Positions 56,401 through 64,000 of a DNA stretch of 64,000 nt are shown piece by piece. Every line of letters starts with the position of its first letter. Positions within the stretch are counted from its first letter, which is position 1. Source of the stretch: Zootoca vivipara (lineage: Eukaryota); the NCBI RefSeq assembly GCF_963506605.1, contig NC_083291.1, forward strand, positions 19,840,001-19,904,000, read 5' to 3'. The notes beneath the pieces were generated by a model. The model ran no database searches. It had not been told where the DNA came from and saw nothing but the letters and a program-made list of their open reading frames with translations. The position numbers and the translations under genes are program-made.

Positions 56401-59400
56401 GATGATATAAGGATGAGAGGTCGTAGGACATAGTAGCCTCTGTCTCTGAAATCTCCTTCTCCTCCGCAACAGGTAACAAAGCCCCAGCATTGGTGCCCAA
56501 GAAAGGAGAGTACATGATGAAGGACCTCCCACGAGTGGCAAAATTCTACGAGGTGCCACTGCATCTCGTAAAGGATTTCCTAGGGACTGTTATTGAGAAG
56601 GGTAAGCAGAGGGAGATGTTTGGTGGGGATACATGGAGATAATGGAGAAGAACCAAGAAGTGTTGCACAATGCGTCTGTGGCAGCTCCCAAGTACAAATA
56701 AAACTGCCCCACAAAAATGGAACTCTCTCAGCAAGTGCACAATTTTTCTGCAAGGCAAGCCTTCCTAATAAGGGTTTGTAATGTGGGGGCTGGCCTCTTC
56801 TTTGACAACAGGCAGGGCTCTTTCCTCCCCTCTTGACGTGTACTCTGATGCTTTTCGTGTGTCTCTGCCCAAATGCAGGCAGTCTGAAAGCCATGCGCTT
56901 TGTCACAGCCGTGGATATGGCAGAGCCGCAGTTTTTGGAGCCCGTGTCTAGAGAACTTTGGATGCGCATTTGGTCCCGCGTGAGTATGGTTGTACTGTTT
57001 CTCTGCCCTCTCCTCTGTAAGGAGTGTCACACTGCGCTTCCGGGTTCAGCGCCAGCGTCGATCGGCGGGGCTTCGTCTCGTCTCCGAGACGGCCCGTCTC
57101 TGCTAGGAGTGGGGAGGGCAGCGAGAGCGACGCTGCGCCCCTTAGAACCTCGGGAAGGGCGTCCCGAGGGCAATTTGCTCGGCACAGACCCAATCCGGAC
57201 TCCCCAACTCTTCGGCTAGCTCTAATAAGAGCTCCGGAGCGAGGAGGGTAGAAGTCGCGGGGGCCATTTTGAGCGGCAACGTTATTCTAGCAGGGAGAAG
57301 CTTCAAGCCGAAGGCGGAGAGCGCTGGATTCTTCCGAAAATAAAACGATTGGAAAAGACTGTAAGTAACCTCATGATTTGGATTATTATAAAACAATTTG
57401 GATCTGGGAGAGAGGGGAGAAAAGAGGAAGCCACCCCCCCCCCACGGCAACAAAAGAGACAGTAAATAGAAACCCGAAGCCATAAACAGAAGATTTACAA
57501 TTCAAAGGATCCCTCAAAGGCATCAAAGAGAATCTCCCCTTTGATGCAGGGTGAAAAGGGGAGAGAGACTGCGGTTTATGACTGCCCTGCAATAAGAGGT
57601 ACAGCTTAAGAAAAAACCTTTCCACTCGGGAGCCGGCAGCCCAGACAACCCAGTGAGTTGTCAGGATTTATAAGTCAAATTTTACTTCACTTTGTATTTC
57701 TGGACTTTGTGGAATTTCTTTTTTGGCTTAAGTGTTTGTGAAATGTGAGTTCGAACTTTATTGTCAATAAGACTTGAAGAATGCAGCCAGCTTGTTAAAA
57801 TGGAGTCGAAAAATAAACTATGATCATATTCCACCCCACGTGACAAGTTTTGACCTTGGCAGGACTGAAATATGTCAACAAAAAAGTGTTCCCCTGAGTT
57901 CCAGCGGTCTGTTTTGACCTTAATGTGGGAAACAAGAATAGAGTTATGTCAAGAGGAGACACGACGGCAAGAGTTACAGGAAAAATTCCAGGAGGTGATG
58001 GCGGAATATGATTTTTTAGGAGATGAAGCTTTTGACACTGAAAAAGATGAATGTGAGAATGACAATGATGGGGAAGGAAAAGAAGAAGATGAGGATTGTG
58101 ATGATTCAACACAAAATGAAGCACACCACGAAAAAAATGATGACTCTACTCTACAAAAAGTTGGATGGAGTGCCCTGCTTTTGAGGGGGGCACGATTGGT
58201 ATCATTGGAACTCCAGAACGCCCACAGGGAAGAAGGAAAAAATATGCAGAGAAGAGAAGAAATTCAGGGGTCCTGTATGGTGGCCTGGATGACAAAAGAC
58301 TGTAAACAGGGGGTGGGGTGAAGGGAAAGTGATGTTGTGATTAAGGATGGATTAACAGGTTTATAACTGGTCTGCTGATTTTGGAATTTGCTGGATTGGG
58401 GGGGGAAGCCGGCAATCGGGGATGTAAGGTTAAATTGAGAATAGTTATAGTTTTAAAAGTGAATGGATTTTGGAAAATGTGAAAATATGGAGGCTTATAG
58501 AGGGAGAAAAAACAAAAAATTAGGCACGGGAAGAGAAAATGGGAGTTTGATTTCTCAGTGATTTGAATATTAGATGAAAATGTTAACAATTGATTTATAA
58601 GTTGTATAAGATGCAAAGGTGTATTTTTATAAAGTAAGAAACTGTTGCAGATGATAAAAAAGGGATGAAAACCGGGGAAGGGGGGGGGAGGGGAAGCCCA
58701 CAAAATATGGTTTTACAACTATGAATGCAAGAAATTTTTTTTGTTTTGTATTGTTTTTTCTTTTTTCTTTTTTCGCCCTTTCTTTTTTTTCCCCCCTTTT
58801 TTCCTATTTCTATTTTTCTCTCTCTTTTTTTTTTTTTTGGTATGACAATAGATGGTTGGATGGATGTCCTCCTGCGTACTGCCCTGGTTTGCTGGAGCTC
58901 CCTGGTGGCAGGGGGGGGCTTTGGGGTCAGGGGAGGGGGGGGAGGACAGAAACCCAAGCATAAAATGGACCATCTCTGACTGTTCACATACATGGGATAC
59001 TTCTGTGGCAGGGGAGGACCCATGTGGGTGGGTAGGAAGGAGGTGGAAAAGGGGTTTAAGTATGTACCTTTTTTTTTTGCTTTTTTGTATTTTGTAAAAT
59101 TAATAAAAAGTATGTTCAAAAAAAAAAAGGAGTGTCACACTGCTTCTCACTGTATTGGTGTGTTTGAAAACGCAGTAAAAAAAGCACTTAGGAGCCACAG
59201 CCCAGGATTGATGGACTCTGTTCCTCTTTGATGGTCTCAACAAAGTTGTATAGGTCTGGGCGGAATGAAAAAAACAAGGATGTTCAGAATAACTTTTATA
59301 AAAAACAACAACAACCCAGAAGCTTTTCTTTTGGGAATTATAGGAACAGAACTACCTAAATTGTATAGAAATTTGTTTATGTATGCTACTGCAACAGCAA

Positions 59401-62400
59401 GAATGCTACTCGCCCCAAAGTGGAAATAAGCAGAAGTCCCAGCAAAGGGGAAATGGATACAAAAAAACTTGCAGAAATGGCGAAACTTACCGGCAGAATA
59501 AGAAATCAAGATAACAAACTTCTTATAAAAGAATGGAAATGGTTTATTGAATATTTACAGATAAATTGCAAACACATAAAAACATTGGCAGGATTATTGT
59601 AATAACCTGCATTTAAAGTAGATAATTAAATGAGTATATTAAATGAATTTGGATATGCAGGAGATATTAAAAAATAAATTTAAGGAACCACGAACATGAG
59701 TTTGACCAAACTGCGGGAGGCAGTGCAAGACAGGAGTGCCTGGCGTGCTCTGGTCCATGGGGTCACGAAGAGTCGGACACAACTAAACGACTAAACAACA
59801 ACAACAAAAACAACAAAAGAATTTGGATATGCAGGAGATATTAAAAAATAAATTTAAGGAACCACAGAAAGGGGGGGAAGGAACTCAAATTTTGAAATGT
59901 TAAATTGATTGTGAAATTAATGAAATGTATAAACTTGAAAAAGAAAAACTTTTTAAAAAGAAAAAACAAGGGCCCAATATAACTTGTAGGGCCTCTCCAT
60001 AGAAATTATTTTATTTATTATTATTTATTAAACTGACTAGTTGCTTGTCACCCGAAGGTCTCCAAGCGACTTATAGCAAAGAAAAATATACAATGCATAA
60101 TAACAGGGGGGAAGTGGAGGGAATCATATTATACAGTCATACCTCAGTTTATGATCACTGCGGTTTGCGATCGATCAATTTGCGACCGCCGCGGACCCGG
60201 AAGTGCTTACATCCGGGTTCCGCGGTGCGCGGGTGTGCAGAAGCGCTCTATCGGCGCTTTGCGCATGCGCAGAAGAGGTGCTCTGTTTACGACCTGCTCG
60301 GGGAGCGACCGGCTCCCCGGAACCAATTCAGGCCGTAAAAGGAAGGTCCACTGTACACTAATATTTCGTATAACGTAACATTTATGGAAAAACAAGAAGA
60401 ACGAACCAGCCGTATAAATAATAGCAAACATCATTAGCAATGCTCAGATAATAAACAGGGCAACACTCTGACCCGCTAATTAGCAAACAAACTGTATCAG
60501 GGTTCAAATTAAATAAAGAAAAAACAAAGTTATTAGTAAAAAATATGCAAGAAAAAGAGCAAAAGGAATTAGAAACCAAAATGGGATTAAAAATTGTGAA
60601 TAAAGCTAAATATTTAGGTATAAATATAACGATGAAAAATATAAATTTGTATAAAAATAATTATGAGAAAGTCTGGGGCGAAATTAGAAGGGATTTACAA
60701 AAGTGGGACAAATTGCAATTATCAATATTAGGGAGGGTCTCAATAATTAAAATGAACATTCTGCCAAGGATGCTGTACTTATTTCAAACAATCCCCATAA
60801 TTATAGAGGAAGGATGCTTCGAAGTCTGGCGAAAGGATATAACGAATTTCATATGGCAAGGAAAAAGACCACGGATTAAATATAAATTATTAACAGAAAG
60901 AAGGGATAGGGGAGGGTTCTCATTGCCAAATTTGAAGCTATATTATGAGGCAGAATGTCTAATTTGGATAAAAGATTGGATCAAATTGGGTGAAAATAGA
61001 ATTTTAGATCTGGAAAGCTACAATTGCAGATTCGGCTGGCACGCGTATCTAAATTATGAAAAAGAGAAAGTAAACAAAGAGTTCTTAAATCATATATTAA
61101 GAGGGGCATTATATAAAGTGTGGAGGAGATATAAGAGATTTGTGGAACCGCTGACGCCTTGGTGGATCTCACCAATTGAGGCATATGCCATTAAAAGATT
61201 ATATAATGAAAAGAATTGGCCAAGGTATAGAGACCTAATAAAAGAAGAACAAGGTAATTATAAATTGAAGGAATATGAAGAGTTAAAAAATTTAGGAATC
61301 AGCAATTGGCAGTACATACAGTTAATCAGTGTTTTCCAAAAAGATAAAAAATTAGGTTTTGCAAAAGAAAGTACCAAATTTGAATTAGAGGTCATCCAAA
61401 ACAAAAAGAAAGTATTATCTAAAACATATAGTTTACTTTTAAATTGGGATCTAATGGAAGAGAGTACGAAAGAGGCAATGATAAAATGGTCAAAAGATCT
61501 TGGCCATACAATCACCATCGAACAATGGGATAAGCTGTGGGGTCAGGACATCAAATTTACAGCTGCTAACAATTTAAAAGAAATTTTTTTGAAAATCTAC
61601 TATAGATGGTATTTAACACCTGTGAAACTTGCAAAGATTTATAAAATCAAATCCAATTTGTGCTGGAGATGTAGTAAAAAACCGGGAACTTTTATTCATA
61701 TATGGTGGGAATGTGAGGAGATAGCAAAATTTTGGAATAATATACACGAAGAAATGAAAAAAATGATGAAACGATCAATATCAAAAAAACCAGATATGTA
61801 TCTATTAGGTTTGTTAAATGAGGAAATTCCCAAAGAAAATATAAAAGTTTTCCTATATGCAAGTACGGCAGCAAGAATGCTTATAGCAGCAAATTGGAAG
61901 TCTACTAGGATACCATCAGTAGAGGAATGGATAAATAAATTGAGCGAGTATTTATTGTTGGCAAGGTTGACAGCAGCTGTAAGGGACCAGTCGAAGCAGA
62001 AATTAAGGAAAGAGTGGGAAAGCTACGATGAGTATATGAGGAAACATTGTTCGAAAGAAGATATGTTAATATGTGTAGACTAGGGATATGAAGAGAATAA
62101 AAACAAAAATAATTAATTAGAAATTTAATAGCAAAGTGGAATTATATTGGAAGTAATGCACGAGTGAATACAAGAAGGGAAAAAGGAAGTCGAAATAGTG
62201 CGGAGGGAAGTATAGAGGGGAGGGGGAGGGAGAGGGTGGGCAGAGGGGGATTGTATCTATGCATATGATGGATTTTATCTTATTTAAGTTTGTTATTTCT
62301 TTTGTTGTATATTTAGAAATTCGAAATAAAGTCTTTTTTAACTTCAAAAAACAAACAAACAAACAAAAACCCGCCTTAGCCCAAAAATCATTTCCATCGA

Positions 62401-62946
62401 ACCAAAAGTCCCCCCCCATCCTGCCCAGAAGTCTGGTGTCAAGGCCTGATTAGAAATTGGGGTGGGTGGGCCCAGGGATGGTCCAGCATGTCTCTTCTCC
62501 CTTCAGAGGGGAGCAGCAGCAAAGCAGGAAGAGTTTTACCTGCTTGCAGTTGACACCGCTACTGCTCCACAAAATTCCAAGCCCTACGCCATTCCTGTCA
62601 CCTCCACTTCAGTGTGATCATTGTAGCAATCGCTTCAGTGAAGTGAACTTCTGTTCCTGGCACCCGTCTCCACTAGGGTCAGGGATGCATAACACGGAGT
62701 CCTCCATTTGGTAGTTCAGAAAGTGCCACAGGTTCTACACTCCTGATTGAAGTGAGTGACATGGCACCCTTGTTCGTGTGTGTGTCTTGGTGCTTCATTC
62801 CTTGTAGCAGAAGGAAGTTAATAATTTTGATATCTTCACTCTCCCTGACACAATCATTCTCTTGTCCACGAAAGATTTGTAATCGGTTGCCTTACTCCTT
62901 GTCTCTTCAGGATGAAGACATAACCCAGCCAGAGAGCATCTTGGCA
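52112..62946 (+). CDS. GSTK1: Glutathione S-transferase kappa, exons 1-5 (gene continues beyond the window)
   Basis: Exons: 52112 (or 52175/52184)-52291, 54838-54919, 56473-56601, 56879-56979, 62911-62946. Motifs [14 protein letters not shown] (catalytic Ser), [23 protein letters not shown] and [11 protein letters not shown] match recalled human GSTK1. Ortholog versus kappa-class paralog cannot be settled from sequence alone. Confidence 0.92.
52563..52652. mobile_element. ~90-bp hAT MITE
   Basis: 8-bp TSD CCGGTCGC. Confidence 0.88.
53398..53437. repeat. (AAT)n microsatellite (others at 4927-4964, 20991-21026, ~42716-42744)
   Basis: Read directly. Confidence 0.95.
54163..54298. mobile_element. 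136-bp palindromic hAT MITE
   Basis: 8-bp TSD GTCTAGAT. Confidence 0.92.
54572..54613 (+). ncRNA. Minimal type I hammerhead ribozyme-like motif (Penelope-derived)
   Basis: GCAT-CTGATGA-a-GTAG/CTGC stem II-GAA-AAATTT-C-ATGC; followed by a diverged Penelope end. Confidence 0.5.
54838..54919 (+). CDS. GSTK1: GSTK1 exon 2 ([28 protein letters not shown])
   Basis: atatag|...G|gtaagt. Confidence 0.94.
54960..55255. mobile_element. Tigger/pogo-type MITE with internal CGCAAGACGAA repeats
   Basis: TA|CAGTGGTGCCTCGC...GCGAGGTACCAATG|TA. Confidence 0.8.
55853..56390 (-). mobile_element. Sauria SINE interrupted by a hAT MITE
   Basis: Reverse complement of the 24640 element; split at 56165-56361. Confidence 0.85.
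56165..56361. mobile_element. hAT MITE nested in a Sauria SINE
   Basis: TIR CAGTGTTTCTCAACC; 8-bp TSD GTTTAGAC. Confidence 0.9.
56473..56601 (+). CDS. GSTK1: GSTK1 exon 3 ([18 protein letters not shown]...VIEKG)
   Basis: caacag|...G|gtaagc. Confidence 0.95.
56879..56979 (+). CDS. GSTK1: GSTK1 exon 4 ([11 protein letters not shown]...WMRIWSR)
   Basis: atgcag|...CGC|gtgagt. Confidence 0.95.
57036..59126 (+). mobile_element. 2.1-kb non-autonomous L1-mobilised element (HAL1-like) with a single 149-aa ORF (57872-58321)
   Basis: 17-bp TSD AAGGAGTGTCACACTGC (57019-57035 and 59127-59143), CpG-rich 5' end starting GCTTCCGG, AATAAA plus poly(A) tail, no RT/EN ORF. Confidence 0.8.
59260..59965 (+). 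mobile_element. Degenerate L1 3' fragment interrupted by a BovB tail
   Basis: [10 protein letters not shown]...FMYATATAR-like translation with frameshifts. Confidence 0.8.
59692..59818 (+). mobile_element. Short BovB 3' end with a 47-bp flanking duplication
   Basis: Same sequence as the 3' end of the other BovB copies; (CAA)n tail. Confidence 0.88.
60134..60353. mobile_element. Tigger/pogo-type MITE
   Basis: TA|CAGT...ACTG|TA; CpG-rich body. Confidence 0.7.
60485..62350 (+). mobile_element. 5'-truncated L1-clade LINE with intact ORF2 C-terminal half (ORF 60545-62083, 512 aa)
   Basis: RT C-terminus ([30 protein letters not shown]), Cys/His knuckle CWRC...HIWWEC, G-rich 3' UTR, AATAAA at ~62325 and an A-rich tail. 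Confidence 0.92.
62911..62946 (+). CDS. GSTK1: GSTK1 exon 5 ([12 protein letters not shown])
   Basis: ctcttcag|...GCA|gtaagt. Confidence 0.94.
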
Positions 62947-63841
62947 GTAAGTTTCCTCCTCTTGCAGTTCTGCAGCACTGCCTGTCCTCCCGTTTGCCTG
63001 GTCTAGATGAGCGCTTTTCATCCTTGCATCTCCTGATGCTGTTAGACCACAGCCTCTTATCATCCATAGTCCATTTGGTCAATAGTCGGGGATGATGGAA
63101 GTTGCAGTCCAACAGCATTTGGGGACCTGAGGTTGATGAATTGGTCTAGATGCTGTAGACTGGCCTGTGGAGATCTGTTGAGTGATCATTCTTCTATTGC
63201 AACAGAAGTTTATACTTCATGATTGTGGACCTGCAGGAAGAGCTTTTCAGGTAACCTTGCAGTGCAGAAAGATTAGCTTTGTAGTTCTAGCTAGTCAGAC
63301 AGAAAATTTGCAGAAGAGGATGTGCGTGATTTTATTTTCCTCCTAGCATGGCTGTCCTGGTGTTGTCCCCCCTTTCAATGAAAGCAATTCAGTGTAGCTT
63401 TAGACTACTTTCTGCACTCCCTGGCGAGAATTCTCTGTGTCTACATATTCAGAACGTCCTGCTACGTGACCTGCATCCTATTTCTCTTGCAGTGTTTTGT
63501 GCTCTTTAGTATGTATAGGAAGGATCTGTGGTTAAGTGGTTGGCTGTGTGCTTTGTGTACTGAAAGCCCCATGGTGAGTCTTTGGCAGCTTTAGCCAAGC
63601 AGGCCTGGCAAAGATCTCTGCCCAGCACTCTGCAGAGCCATTTCCTGTCCAGGGAGGCAACGCTGGGCCATATGGTCAGAATTTAGCCTAGCTTAATATT
63701 GACAATCTGGGAACAAGTCATTTCATGTGTGCGCAATCTAACCTGACAAGGTTGCAAAAACAGCACTTCCCCTGCCTGCTGGTTGCCCCTGCTTCTCAGC
63801 AAAGCAGTTGTTTGTTTTTTGCTGTTCTCTCCTTTAAAATA

Positions 63842-64000
63842 CAGGTAAAACTCAGGGAAATTATAATATCGTCGAAAAGTGCATTTATTTCACTAATGCA
63901 ACTTATTATTATTTTTCTTTTAATTTTTACAAATGCTTTATTTTGGAAATTCCACAGTCATAAAACAAATAGTTACAATAATACAAAAATAAGCATCGCT
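63842..64000. mobile_element. Tc1-type MITE, same family (cut by the window end)
   Basis: TA|CAGGTAAAACTCAGGGAAATTATAATATCGTCG. Confidence 0.85.

Noticed and set aside
58341-59231. Several overlapping low-complexity ORFs (poly-F/K/G)
   Set aside because: They arise from homopolymer tracts in the 3' UTR of the HAL1-like element.
60545-62083. 512-aa ORF as a host gene or domesticated protein
   Set aside because: It is plain 5'-truncated L1 ORF2 lacking the endonuclease and most of the RT; an open frame is expected for a young copy.

Overview
This is vertebrate genomic DNA, almost certainly from a squamate and probably a lacertid lizard (inferred from Sauria/Squam1 and Squam3 SINEs, BovB, Penelope ends, L1, L2, CR1 and hAT/Tc1 MITEs). 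I reconstructed four spliced genes by hand with phase-consistent splice sites: TMEM175 (+, 10 coding exons, 18667-32730, 498 aa), MYL5 (-, 7 exons, 39439-34665, 172 aa, one GC-AG intron), ATP5ME (+, 4 exons, 43527-48148, 71 aa) and GSTK1 (+, first 5 exons, 52112-62946, continuing past the window). An intact TMEM139 terminal exon (-, 7550-7139, two PPxY motifs) is also present, but I could not find its normal transmembrane first exon. Upstream of it, on the same strand, is an unexplained ~3.3 kb tandem array of small exon-intron cassettes (9.5-12.85 kb) and a candidate first exon at ~16.75 kb; this is the most novel-looking system here. Other points of interest: genes of human 4p16.3 lie between two genes of human 7q34; GSTK1 has a presequence-like N-terminal extension with three in-frame ATGs; GSTK1 introns hold a 2.1 kb HAL1-like retroelement and a Penelope-type hammerhead ribozyme; ATP5ME has a possible duplicate last exon; and TMEM175 has a duplicated, inactivated splice acceptor. 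Homology calls rest on recalled protein and repeat sequences, not database searches.
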